From an uncultured Chloroflexia bacterium (GTDB lineage: Bacteria; Chloroflexota; UBA6077; JACCZL01): a stretch of DNA of 64,000 nt. Position numbers and translations under genes: made by a program. The stretch spans positions 64,001-128,000 of the forward strand of contig CAVXYC010000018.1 in assembly GCA_963765765.1 (NCBI GenBank), written 5' to 3'. Shown piece by piece: positions 50,790-61,094 of the stretch. Below the pieces are notes generated by a model, which saw nothing but the letters and a program-made list of their open reading frames with translations, ran no database searches and was not told the DNA's origin. The stretch's first letter is position 1; every line of letters starts with the position of its first letter.

Positions 50790-52454
50790 CTAAACCTGCG
50801 CGGAGACGGACTGTTCGTACTTGTGGCCGAGTGCCTCTTCCCATCGGAGGTACTGAACCATGTCGGCGTAGCTACGCTCGGTTCCGGCCGGCACCACGTC
50901 GTTTGGTGCTTCCATGATGCCGGTCAACCCTTGCTCAACAGCCAGTCCGGCGGCCCGCCATGCGCGAATTCCGCCAGCAAGCACACCAACCCGCCGATAG
51001 CCCGATACGGGCCATGGTGAGCGCGGCGAGGAGTGCATTCTGTCCATTGACATCGCTCACCAACACTGGGGCATCGAGATCCGGAGCCGACGTCGGCCAC
51101 GTTCAGCTCCAGCCAGCTACGCGACACCCATTGCGATCCGGGGATATGGCCGGCCGCGAAGTCCCGGCTCGTGTCCACAAAGATGATGCCGAGATCGGGG
51201 TTCGTTGCCAGCGCATTGCCGAGAGATATCGGGTCGATTGATGGCACCATCCGCTCAGCTTCGTCAAGACCGAACGGCCGCGGGTCTGCGCCGCCCGTCT
51301 CCAGATCTTGCCCCGCGGCTAGCCATGCCGTTGTACCACCGTCCACGGCGTAAACCCGACGGAAACCCATCTGTCGGTACCACGATGCGGTCACGAATGA
51401 GCGCGTGACGCCATCGTCGCAGAACACCACATGCGCGGAGCGCACGGCCACAGTATCATCGACACGTTGCACAGCCTGTCCACCCGGGACCCAGACGAAT
51501 CCGGGGATATGGCCGGCCTCGAACTCTTCACGCGATCGGACGTCGATGAAGTACATGACGCGGTCTGTCTTGGCCATCATGTCACGCAGAGCGTCGATCG
51601 AGAGCGCACGCACGCCATCTTCCCTGGCTACTCGACGCGCGAATTCCTCTGCCCTGGCCTGCCCTTCGGCGGAGACGTCTGGCTGGCTCACGCGGTCTGC
51701 GTCGCGCTCGAGCGCGAGGCCCGCCAGCGACCAGCCAGATGTGCCGTTTCGTAGTCCAACGACGTTCTGCAGCCCCATGCGCTGAAGCGTGCGCGTGCCA
51801 ATGATGCTCCGAGTCCGCCCCGCGCAGTTCACCACTACACGCGCATCTGGACGCTCGGCCACAATGTCGGCGATTCGGAAAGGGAAGCTCTGCTCCGGGC
51901 ACGCTTCTGCCACCGGGAATGCAGCCTCGCTGGAACTCCTCGGGCGTACGCGTATCCAGGATGACGACGTCATCACCCCGATCAAGCTGCTCCTTGAGCT
52001 CTGTCGCGCTGATCGAGGGCACATGGTGCTCCACCTCGATCTTCTCGCCGAAGTCCTTGCTGGGGACGTTCATGCCCCACTCCGTAGGAAACCCTTCGCT
52101 TGCCCAGCGATTGATCCCGCCGGTGAGGACGTCAAGAAACCCGTAGCCCATGGCGGAGACGGTCTCGGCTGCCAACATCGCACGGCGACCATCGTCGTCG
52201 TACAGCACCACGGGTATATGCGGAGTCGGAACGAGGCGGCTGAGCGTGTACTCGATCAATCTGCGAGGAACAGAGCTGGCGCCCGGAATGTGCGCCGCGT
52301 TGTACTCGCCCTGCTCTCGTACATCGATCAGCGCCATCGGGGTACCGGCCTCGATGCGCTTCTGAAGCTCAGCCGGTGTGAGCGTTGGCTCCGTAGGCGG
52401 ACCGTGCATGGAACATGCGTCGGCTCCGAATTCTTCCATGCCCTCGACCGTCAC
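50790..52454 (-). CDS. Multi-(four-)rhodanese-domain sulfurtransferase, two frameshifts
   Basis: Repeated DVR..EY.A.HIPG units, VPSKDFGE, active-site VNCAGRTRSIIG, C-terminal MVQYLRWEEAL. Confidence 0.85.
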
Positions 52455-52464
52455 GCTCGCCTCC

Positions 52465-53046
52465 TCAACAGTTGTCGAACTTGCCGCTTGCCCAGCGTTT
52501 CACGGCGCCGGTATTCAGATCATACGAGTAACGCGGCAGACCGACGAGATCATCGCCGTACACATGGATCTCCACGGTGAGCTGATCGCTCGGATTGCGC
52601 ATCTCGTGGATATCGTCCTCAACGGGGATCAGAAGTGAGATCTGACCCGGCTTCACGACGCTCGGGCCGATCTTCTCCAGCTGTGCGAAATCTTCTCGCG
52701 AGCGGTCATCCAGGCGTCGAAAGCGCGTCTCATGGATCTCATTGCTGATAACGCCGATCATGCCCCACGTCTGGTGATCGTGGGGCGCGGCGTAGTCACC
52801 GGGCCCCCACACGACGGAGCTGACGAAGAGACCCGGCGAGCGATGAAGGGCATAGCTGCCGTGATTCGGCCGATTGCCCTTCCCCGACGGTACACGGTAT
52901 TGCTCCGGTACCGCCGAGGGATCCTGGATCAGCCGCTCGAGCAGTGACGAGCCACGATCGTAGAGCACGTCGGGCGCGGGCTTCTCTCTCACCAATGCCG
53001 ACATATCGGCAACGAATTGGTCTAGCGAATACCGCGTCATGGTCAT
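52465..53046 (-). CDS. Cysteine dioxygenase-family thiol dioxygenase
   Basis: VWGPG..AAPHDHQTWG, DIHEMRN, IHVYG. Confidence 0.87.
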   Translation of the reverse strand: MTMTRYSLDQFVADMSALVREKPAPDVLYDRGSSLLERLIQDPSAVPEQYRVPSGKGNRPNHGSYALHRSPGLFVSSVVWGPGDYAAPHDHQTWGMIGVISNEIHETRFRRLDDRSREDFAQLEKIGPSVVKPGQISLLIPVEDDIHEMRNPSDQLTVEIHVYGDDLVGLPRYSYDLNTGAVKRWASGKFDNC

Positions 53047-53077
53047 GCTGTTACTCCGATGGTGCTGCGTCCACTCT

Positions 53078-54289
53078 TTATCCTACCGCCTTCTTGAGCG
53101 CCTCCTCGTACGTTCTCATGGCATCGTAAGACTTGAGCTTGAGGTCCTGGAACTCTTTGCCGGGCAGAGGCAGCAGATCCGCTTCAACACCGGCGCCCTT
53201 GGCCCAAGCAAGGAACTCAGGGTCATGGATCGCGTTCAGGACCGCCGACTCCAACACTGCCTGTCGATCGGCAGGAGTATTGGGCATAGTGGTGATGCCA
53301 TAGATGAACGTCGCGAGCGCTGACTCCATTTGAGCCGCGTTGGGCACGTTCATTTCACGTGCCGTGGGCGTATTCGGGATCAGCGGGTTTCGCTGATCTT
53401 CCAGAACGAAGATCGGCCGAAGATCGCCCGACTCAATGAACCGCAGCCACGATGTAATGGGCGAGGCAAACACGAGATCGGTGTCTCCGCGAATGACGGA
53501 CGGGGCAATGTCGGCGCTGCCCTGGAAACCGCCGACGTGAACCGCGTTCTTGAGTCCGAGCGCCTCAACCAGCACGACGTGCTGGAGCAGGTGCCCACCA
53601 ATACCCTCATTTCCGAATCGAAGACGTTGTCCGGCCGTGTCGGCGGCAATGATCTCATCCACCGTATTGAACGGCGAATCCTTCCGGGTGAGCAGCGCGA
53701 ACGGCGACTTGCGCACGCCCGCGACTGATGTCCAGGAACGGAGGTCAAATCCTTCGGCACTCTCCACAAACGTACTCACATAAAGTGGGGGCTCGCTGAA
53801 ATATCCGAGGGTATAGCCATCAGGTGGCAAACTCTGGAACTGCCGCGCGGCGAGCCGCTGTCCACCGCCCGGCACGTTCTTTACTACTACCGGCTGTCCA
53901 AGCAGCTTTTGCATAGGAATTGCAAGCTGCCGCGCCACAGTGTCGAAGCCACCGCCAGGCCCAAACGGCACGATGATCTCGAGCGGCTTTGTGGGGAAAT
54001 CAGCGAGCTTGGCCACCGGCTTGGGCGCGGGACCAAGCCCCGGGGGCGCGGATGCTTGCGCGGCTGGCGATGCCGCCGGTGAAGCCGCTGGCTTCGCTGC
54101 GGCGGGAGAGGCTGCAGGCGCGCCTGGCGATGCTGGGGCGCTCGTGGCCGCTGCCTTCGCGGGAGCCGAGGTGGGGCTGGAGGCTGCTGGCGCACATCCG
54201 CTTAGCAACAGCACGCCGGCAAGGATACTCATGAATCCCTGGCGGAGTCGACTCGAGCCAGGTTGAAATAGGGTCGGGGGGCACAGCAT
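53078..54289 (-). CDS. Tripartite tricarboxylate transporter substrate-binding lipoprotein (TctC/Bug)
   Basis: AGGAGG RBS before ATG 54289. Lipobox LSGC. FPTKPLEIIVPFGPGGGFD, NVPGGG, PDGYT. Confidence 0.88.
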   Translation of the reverse strand: MLCPPTLFQPGSSRLRQGFMSILAGVLLLSGCAPAASSPTSAPAKAAATSAPASPGAPAASPAAAKPAASPAASPAAQASAPPGLGPAPKPVAKLADFPTKPLEIIVPFGPGGGFDTVARQLAIPMQKLLGQPVVVKNVPGGGQRLAARQFQSLPPDGYTLGYFSEPPLYVSTFVESAEGFDLRSWTSVAGVRKSPFALLTRKDSPFNTVDEIIAADTAGQRLRFGNEGIGGHLLQHVVLVEALGLKNAVHVGGFQGSADIAPSVIRGDTDLVFASPITSWLRFIESGDLRPIFVLEDQRNPLIPNTPTAREMNVPNAAQMESALATFIYGITTMPNTPADRQAVLESAVLNAIHDPEFLAWAKGAGVEADLLPLPGKEFQDLKLKSYDAMRTYEEALKKAVG

Positions 54290-54370
54290 GCGACAGCCTC
54301 CTAGCAATGCGAGCCGAACGATAGCATCCGGACCTGGCGCGCTGCATAAGATTGAGATTGAGACACGGTT

Positions 54371-54561
54371 GTGATCTCCAACGACATTGCAGCGGAAGGC
54401 ATCGAGAAGCCCGGCCAGGTGGAGCGATTGCGCTCCATGGGGTGGGATAAGGGCCAGGCTACCTCTTCGGAAAGCCGCTCACCGCGGACGAGCTCACCAC
54501 CCGACTCACTAACCTCCCGCCCAGCCTGGCTCGCCGCGTTAGCTTCAGCAACGCGGCGTAA
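54371..54561 (+). pseudogene. C-terminal remnant of an EAL phosphodiesterase domain
   Basis: IAAEGIEKPGQVERLRSMGWDKGQ, then a shift to GYLFGKPL, matching the EAL consensus AEGVE...L..GCD..QGYLF.KP. The rest of the domain is absent. Confidence 0.7.
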
Positions 54562-54643
54562 ACCGCCCGGGGCTCGCCTGCGATCATCGTTGAGCGGGCT
54601 ATCGAGTTGCGGTTTCCGGTGGTTGGCCGAATAATCCCACTCC

Positions 54644-55873
54644 ATGCAGACGCGAACAAGACGCATGTCGCTCGGCGCCGCGGTAGGGCTGGACGGACTT
54701 AGCAAGGACACCCAGCGCGGTTTAGCCGTCGCATTTGCCACGAGCATCGCGGTGGTAATGGGTGTGCAGATGATCTACCCCGTCCTACCCGCGCTGATGT
54801 TTCAGCTCGGGGTGGACGACAAGGCGATTGGCCTGGTCGTGGCCGTGTACACGGCGCCGGCAATCTTTCTGGCGCCGGTCTTCGGCATTCTGACGGACCG
54901 CCATGGTCGCCGACCCATCCTGCTCGGCGGCCTGCTGCTCTTCGGATTGGCCGGTGGCGCCATTGCTCTGGCGCCCACATTCGAATGGGTCGTAGCGTTG
55001 CGCTTCATTCAAGGCGTAGGTGCCACGGCGTTGAGCCCCCTCACGATTGTCCTACTGAGCGACCTCCTCGAGGACGAGAGCCAGGAGAGCTCAGCACAAG
55101 GTTTCAAAGTTGTTCTCGATCGCGTGAGCACGATCTTCGTACCGGTGGTCGCGGGGCTGCTGGCCGCCATCACATGGTCGCTCCCCTTCTATATGTTCGC
55201 GCTCACAATCCCTCTGGCGTGGCTCGCCTGGCGCTGGCTTCCTGAGACGCAAACGCAATCGAAAGTCACGATGGGCGCGTACCTGCGTGGCTACGGGCAC
55301 ATAGCTCGGCATCCACTCCTACTCATGGCGTTCTTCGCGGGATTCCTGCGCTTCTTTCTGGATTACGCCTTCTTTACGTATCTGCCGATCTATCTCGCGC
55401 TGAATCGAGGCACATCAACCGCTGTCATTGGCCTCATCTTTGGCTGCTTCGCCGTGGGCGCGATTATCACCGCGAGTCAGGCCGGACGCATCATCCGCCT
55501 GGGCGACCTCACGAAGCTGGTTTTAGTGGGATTCGTGCTGGACGGCGTATCGCTGATTGCCGTGCCGTTTCTACCCTTTGAACCGCTGATCGGCCTGGCC
55601 ATGCTCGTCTACGGACTGGGCAACGGCATGATCTCACCGCTCCAAAAGAGCTTGCTGACCCGCAATGCTCCGGTGGATCTGCGCGTAGGCGTGGTGTCAC
55701 TGGACCGGTTGATTCAGCAGATCGGTAAAACCGCCGCTCCTGGCGTGGTCGGCATGGCCCTTGTGATCGGTGAGCTGGGAATGGTGTTCTGGATTCTAGG
55801 CGCACTCTCCATTATCAGCGTCGTGGCCGTAACACGAGTGATGAGTTCGTCGCGAGTAGCGAGTAGCGAGTAG
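54644..55873 (+). CDS. MFS transporter
   Basis: GILTDRHGRR, LRFIQGVG, about 12 TM. Confidence 0.92.
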   Translation: MQTRTRRMSLGAAVGLDGLSKDTQRGLAVAFATSIAVVMGVQMIYPVLPALMFQLGVDDKAIGLVVAVYTAPAIFLAPVFGILTDRHGRRPILLGGLLLFGLAGGAIALAPTFEWVVALRFIQGVGATALSPLTIVLLSDLLEDESQESSAQGFKVVLDRVSTIFVPVVAGLLAAITWSLPFYMFALTIPLAWLAWRWLPETQTQSKVTMGAYLRGYGHIARHPLLLMAFFAGFLRFFLDYAFFTYLPIYLALNRGTSTAVIGLIFGCFAVGAIITASQAGRIIRLGDLTKLVLVGFVLDGVSLIAVPFLPFEPLIGLAMLVYGLGNGMISPLQKSLLTRNAPVDLRVGVVSLDRLIQQIGKTAAPGVVGMALVIGELGMVFWILGALSIISVVAVTRVMSSSRVASSE

Positions 55874-55950
55874 CGAGTAGCGAGTACGGATCTTCCCGCT
55901 CGCGCTTCCCTGTTGTCACTGAGTACTCGCTACTGGTTACTCGCTACTCG
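55852..55950. repeat. Tandem heptamer (GCGAGTA)x5 with inverted partner
   Basis: Five copies at 55852-55886. TACTCGC-type copies at 55924-55950, between convergent genes. Confidence 0.8.
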
Positions 55951-55954
55951 TTGG

Positions 55955-56338
55955 TTAGTCGATGACTGCGATGCCTTCGATCTCGAGCATGTAGTCGGGG
56001 TTGGCAAGGCCCGCGGCCACGATGAATGTGCTGGCAGGCAGTGGAGCCTTGAGGTACTTGGCGCGCACGGCAGCCACCTGCTCGCGGTAACGTGCGTCGC
56101 ATACGAAGACGGTGATCTTCACCAGATTGCTGAAATCGCCACCAGCTGACGCCAACGCTTTGCCAAGATTGCTGAAAATCTGCTCAGTCTGCGCCGTCAC
56201 GTCGCCTTTACCGACAATCTCGCCCTGCTCGTTCTGGGACGTTTGACCGGCGATGTAAATGGTGTTACCCGCGCGCACCACGTGGCTGTACGTTGGCGGG
56301 GTGGGCAAACCCTCTGGCTGAATATGCTCAACTGGCAT
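55955..56338 (-). CDS. RidA/YjgF family protein
   Basis: YSHVVRAGNTIYIAGQ, LVKITVF, PASTFI, LEIEGIA. GGAGG RBS. Confidence 0.92.
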   Translation of the reverse strand: MPVEHIQPEGLPTPPTYSHVVRAGNTIYIAGQTSQNEQGEIVGKGDVTAQTEQIFSNLGKALASAGGDFSNLVKITVFVCDARYREQVAAVRAKYLKAPLPASTFIVAAGLANPDYMLEIEGIAVID

Positions 56339-56614
56339 GAGGAACCTCCGGTGCTGATCTAGATCGAGAGCATACCGGAGATGAACGGTAGTGAGACTTC
56401 TCCATGCGTGGCCGGCCAGTGAGACCATAGTTCGTCACTCGCCTAGCTCAGTATGTCTTCGCCTATGCAACATGGCGCCCTGGCGGGTCCTACAAAGGCT
56501 TGGACACCCTTCTGACGAATTTCTAACACTGTTCTGACGCGACTCCGACCATGTCATTTCTATCCTCGTACTGGAAGCTGTTGAGCTAGCGAGTAAGGGT
56601 CAGGAGGTCGCACC

Positions 56615-57115
56615 ATGCTTCGACCATGGGGTTACCCACTGTTGCCGGTAGCACGCCGCTTCGTTGCGCGGGCGGCCTACCGCGTTGTTCGTGACACCAC
56701 CACGGTGCTACTAGTCACTGTTCTGATGGCAGCCTGGATCCTAGGGGGACCGTTCGTAAGCTCCCTCGGCGGGACATCAGGAGCGGCGATAGCTGATCAA
56801 TCGGCAGACCAGTACATGCGCGCGCTACGAGACAGAGATAGCGCCGAGTTGTTTCGTAGTCTCTCTCCCGAGATGCGTGGACGGCTGGAGAGGCAAGCCG
56901 GGCTGGGAGGGCCAGCCGCGGCGACCTGGTTGTTCAATGAGGGTGAGCGGCGCGGGGAGCGAATCGTTGATTACCGAATGGTCGGGTCCGATCGGACAAT
57001 CCAGGGGGACAAACTGTATTTCTATGTCGTACGCGCGGAGCGAGGCAGTGACCGGCGCGACATCCCGTACACGCTGACCGTCTCGTCGGATGGCAAGGTA
57101 ACTGGCGTCGAGTAG
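56615..57115 (+). CDS. Hypothetical membrane-anchored protein (NTF2-like C-terminal domain possible)
   Basis: AGGAGG RBS, one TM, ADQYMRALRDRD...DGKVTGVE. Confidence 0.7.
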   Translation: MLRPWGYPLLPVARRFVARAAYRVVRDTTTVLLVTVLMAAWILGGPFVSSLGGTSGAAIADQSADQYMRALRDRDSAELFRSLSPEMRGRLERQAGLGGPAAATWLFNEGERRGERIVDYRMVGSDRTIQGDKLYFYVVRAERGSDRRDIPYTLTVSSDGKVTGVE

Positions 57116-57207
57116 GTCGTTTACGTCGGAAACACGAATTGGGGCACCGGAATCTGTCATGCTCCATCGCCAAGCCTGACGGACTCCGGTGCCCATCAAC
57201 CTTCGAG

Positions 57208-58836
57208 CTATGCGGTCAACGACCAAGCGCCTTCCATGCCAGGGATCTCGCGCGCCGCGGACAACACAGCCGGCGTAATGGGGTCGTCCACGACCATGAC
57301 CATCAGGGCATCGCCGCCCGGATGGAAGCGTCCAACCTGGAGGCCCGAGATGTTGACGTGGCTCCTTCCGAGAAGCGTCCCCACGGCACCCACAACGCCC
57401 GGCACGTCACTGTGATGTGTGAGCAAGAGGTGCCCGCCGTTGAGCGGCAGGTCCACGGGGAAGCCGAGAATTCGGCGGATCCTCAGCTCGTTGTCCTTGG
57501 CCTCGATCTCGACATCGGCCTCACCATGATCGGTACGAACCGACACGCGCACGCCGGCTTCGTCCGTTGGGGAACGGCGCTCCACTGGCCTCAGCCCGCG
57601 CTGCTCCGCAATCTCCTGCGCGTTGATCCAGGAGATTGGCTCGTCGCTGATTCGACTCAGCAGTCCTGCTAGCGCGGCAGCGCTGAAGGCATTGGTCGTG
57701 ACGTCGGCCGGCGAGCCATTAATGCTGATCTCTACCGACTTGAGCTGGCCTTCAGCAAGCTGGATGGCTAGGCCGCCAGCTTTGTCGGCCGCGTCAAGCC
57801 ATGGATGAAGCGACGGGTCCTCGGGCCAGCGTGGCCCATTGAGCGCCCCAATCGGTGGTCCTCCCGACAGCATGCTGAGCATCTGCTCCGCGATGCGCAC
57901 CGCCACCGACTCCAGCGCCTCGGTCGTCGACCCCGCGAGATGCGGTGTAGCCAGCACTTTGGGATGCATGGCCAGCGGATGCGCCGGAGCGGGCTCCTCG
58001 GGATACACATCGATTCCCGCGCCGGCGATGACGCCATTATCGAGTGCTTCGAGCAGCGCATCCGTATCGACGACTTCACCGCGCGCGCAGTTGATGATGT
58101 ACGCCGTGGGCTTCATCGCCGCGAGCGTCTCACGATTGATCATGTTTCGAGTTTCGGATGTGGCCGGCACGTGGAGACTGATGAAGTCGGCTTCTCGCAG
58201 AAGCTGATCCAGGCCAACGATCTGCACCCCAAGACGCTCAGCCCTCTCCGCGGGAATGTATGGGTCCACAGCAAGGACCGACATTCCTAGAGCCCGGGCA
58301 CGTGTTACGAGCTCACTGCCCACCGGGCCTAGTCCTACGGTTCCGAGGGTTCGGCCGGCCAGCTCGATGCCGGTGAACTTCGAGCGGTCCCATTTCCCTT
58401 CTCGTAGTGACTTGTTGGCCGGAACAAAGTGTCGGGCCAGTGCAATCATGAGCCCCAGCGCATGCTCAGCCACTGCTACGGAGTTGCCGCCGGCGGCGTT
58501 GATGACCGCCACACCGCGCGCGGTGCAAGCTTCCACGTCGATGTTGTCCACGCCCACCCCTGCACGGGCCACTACGCGGAGATTGGGGCCATGCTCTAGC
58601 AGCTCGCGGGTGACCTGCGTGCCGCTGCGGACAACCAATCCATCGCAGTCAGCCAGCATGGTGCGTAGCTCATCGGGCGAGGACGGTCGAAGGACCTGTG
58701 CACGCTCCTGGAGAAGCTGGAGTCCAGCGTCGCCAAACGGCTCCGCAACTAGGATGCGCGCGGACGACGCGCCAATCAAGCGAAGCTGACGCGTGGCGTC
58801 GTCGGAGGAACTATTGATCGTGTCTGGCTGAGTCAC
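57208..58836 (-). CDS. serA: D-3-phosphoglycerate dehydrogenase with ASB and ACT domains
   Basis: RAGVGVDNID, VAEH, GLGPVG, INCARG, DVYPEEP, TPHLAGST, ACT DVPGVVG..NIS. Probable GTG start at 58836. Confidence 0.92.
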   Translation of the reverse strand: MTQPDTINSSSDDATRQLRLIGASSARILVAEPFGDAGLQLLQERAQVLRPSSPDELRTMLADCDGLVVRSGTQVTRELLEHGPNLRVVARAGVGVDNIDVEACTARGVAVINAAGGNSVAVAEHALGLMIALARHFVPANKSLREGKWDRSKFTGIELAGRTLGTVGLGPVGSELVTRARALGMSVLAVDPYIPAERAERLGVQIVGLDQLLREADFISLHVPATSETRNMINRETLAAMKPTAYIINCARGEVVDTDALLEALDNGVIAGAGIDVYPEEPAPAHPLAMHPKVLATPHLAGSTTEALESVAVRIAEQMLSMLSGGPPIGALNGPRWPEDPSLHPWLDAADKAGGLAIQLAEGQLKSVEISINGSPADVTTNAFSAAALAGLLSRISDEPISWINAQEIAEQRGLRPVERRSPTDEAGVRVSVRTDHGEADVEIEAKDNELRIRRILGFPVDLPLNGGHLLLTHHSDVPGVVGAVGTLLGRSHVNISGLQVGRFHPGGDALMVMVVDDPITPAVLSAAREIPGMEGAWSLTA

Positions 58837-58971
58837 CGCAACTCCACGTATAAGGTAAGCGTAAGGGCCCTCTCCGTTCGGGAGGGTAACATACGGCCGG
58901 CGCATGGTGCCGGAAGGCTTCCGCCCCCCGGGCACGCAGTACAATTATCGAACGATTCCGTGGAGGACTCA

Positions 58972-59589
58972 ATGACGGTTGATCGTGAAAAGCTCGCAGC
59001 CGTATCAGACCCGCGCCGGTCCGCCCTGGTCGTGGTGGACATGCAGAATGATTTCTGCAATCCCGCGGACTATCCGGAGTCTGTGCCGATGCTGCCACGC
59101 CTCCAGCGACTCATCAATGAGTCGCGCCGCGCCGGCGTACAGGTGATCTTCACGCAGGTCAACCACGATGCGACGAACGACTCGACAGTCTGGTTGAGCC
59201 GCCGCGCCCCGGGACGTAAGGACATCGTCAAGGCCGGCACCTCTGGCGCTGAGTATCACCCCGATTTCCAGCCCCAGCCGGGCGATATCGACATTGTGAA
59301 ACACCGCTACAGCGCGTTCATCGGGACGCCGCTGGAGATGAATCTGCGTACGCTCGGTATCGAGACACTCTTCATGACCGGGATCTCCACGAACGTGTGC
59401 GTGGAGAGCACATTGCGGGACGCGTTTCAGCGAGATTTCCACGTCGTTCTGGTGGAGGACTGCTGCGCCTCGGGCACACGGGCGCTCCATGACGGCACGG
59501 TGGAGAACACCCGTCGTCACTTTGGGGGGCTCGTTGCTACGTCCGATGAAGTCGTGGAGGCCTGGAGCGAAGTCGCCGCGCGCGTGTAG
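58972..59589 (+). CDS. Isochorismatase-family cysteine hydrolase (RutB-like)
   Basis: ALVVVDMQNDF, KHRYSAF, GISTNVCVESTLRDA. Confidence 0.92.
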   Translation: MTVDREKLAAVSDPRRSALVVVDMQNDFCNPADYPESVPMLPRLQRLINESRRAGVQVIFTQVNHDATNDSTVWLSRRAPGRKDIVKAGTSGAEYHPDFQPQPGDIDIVKHRYSAFIGTPLEMNLRTLGIETLFMTGISTNVCVESTLRDAFQRDFHVVLVEDCCASGTRALHDGTVENTRRHFGGLVATSDEVVEAWSEVAARV

Positions 59590-59690
59590 CGCCAAATCCA
59601 TCACCGCGGGCCGCGCAGGCGCCAACCGTCCCGTGCTGCATTCAGTCGAGGCGTCACCTTCATCAGCATTCGAAACTCGAGGAGGAGTCC

Positions 59691-61010
59691 ATGCTTAGTA
59701 AGGAAGACAATGTCACGCTGACTCAGGTAGGCCCCGGAACGCCCGGCGGCAACCTGATGAGGATGTACTGGCAGCCCGTAGCGGCAGCCAAGGAGCTTGA
59801 CGATTCGCCGTTCCGCACCAAGGAAGTGCGTGTGCTCGGCGAAGATCTCGTGCTCTTCCGTGATCGGCAGGGAAAGCTCGGGCTGATCGAGCGTTTCTGC
59901 TCCCACCGTCGCGTCAACCTCGCCATCGGCGTCGTCGAAGACGACGGTCTGCGCTGTCAGTATCACGGCTGGAAGTTCAACGCCCAGGGCCAGTGCATCG
60001 AGCAGCCGTTCGAAGACACGATGCATCCTGAAGACAGCGTTCCGTTCGAAGTGCGGCATCACTGGGTATCCGGTACGCGAGATGGCCGGACTCGTGTTCG
60101 CCTACATGGGCCCGACCCCGGCTCCGGAGTTCCCTGTGTGGGAGCCATACGCCTGGAACAACGTGGTGCGCGACATCGCCATCATTGAGCTGCACTGCAA
60201 CTGGCTTCAGTGCCAGGAGAACTCGCTCGATCCGGTTCACAACGAGTGGCTGCACGGCTACTACGGAAACTACGTACACAGCCTGATGGAGCTCGACACC
60301 AATCGAGGTGTGGGCAATCGCTCACTAAGAAGCACCTGAAGATCGGCTTCGATGCGTTCGAATACGGCATCGTCAAGCGACGGGTGCAAGAAGGCGGGAC
60401 TGAGGAGGACGATGACTGGAAAGTCGGCCACCCGGTGATGTTCCCGAACATCCTCCTGGTCGGCAGCCAGTTCTCAGCCACGATGCAGTTCCGCGTGCCC
60501 GTGGACGACACCAAGACGCTGCACATCTCGCTCTACTCGTTCCGTGCGGCGCCAGGTGCCAAAGCTCCCCAGCAGGACTCGGTGCCCTACCGCTATGTGA
60601 ACCTTCACAAGGGCGATGGCAACTGGATCCTGAACTACATCTTCAACCAGGACTACAGCGCGTGGGTGACGCAGGGACCGGTAGCCAAGCGCCACCTGGA
60701 GAAGCTGGGCGAGTCTGACCGCGGCATCATCATGTTCCGCCAGCAGCTCAAAGACCAGATCGCCATCGTGGAAGCCGGCAACGATCCGATGTGCGTCTTC
60801 CGCGAGCCTGAGCAGGCCCAGTTCGTGGAGCTGCCACTGGAGAAGGACAAATTCGGCGCCAACCGACGGCCACCGAAATATGTGCCCGGCGAAGAAGGCT
60901 ACAGCGCCGACGCGAAGCTTATTGAGCAGACGCTGGCCACCTGGGACGCGCTGCCGGAGCACGCGGCGGTGCCGGTTCCGGCCAGCCCGAGTCCAGCACC
61001 AGTCCGTTAG
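59691..61010 (+). CDS. Rieske aromatic oxygenase alpha subunit, two frameshifts
   Basis: LTQVGPGTPGG, CSHR, CQYHGW, ENSLDPVHNEWLH, NQDY, EKLGESDRG. Confidence 0.88.
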
Positions 61011-61094
61011 TTCCTAGGGCATAAAGGGCGGCAAGGACATAAGAGACGGCCTTTGCCGTCCCTTATGTCCTTTTGTCGTTAAGAGAGGGAGTTT

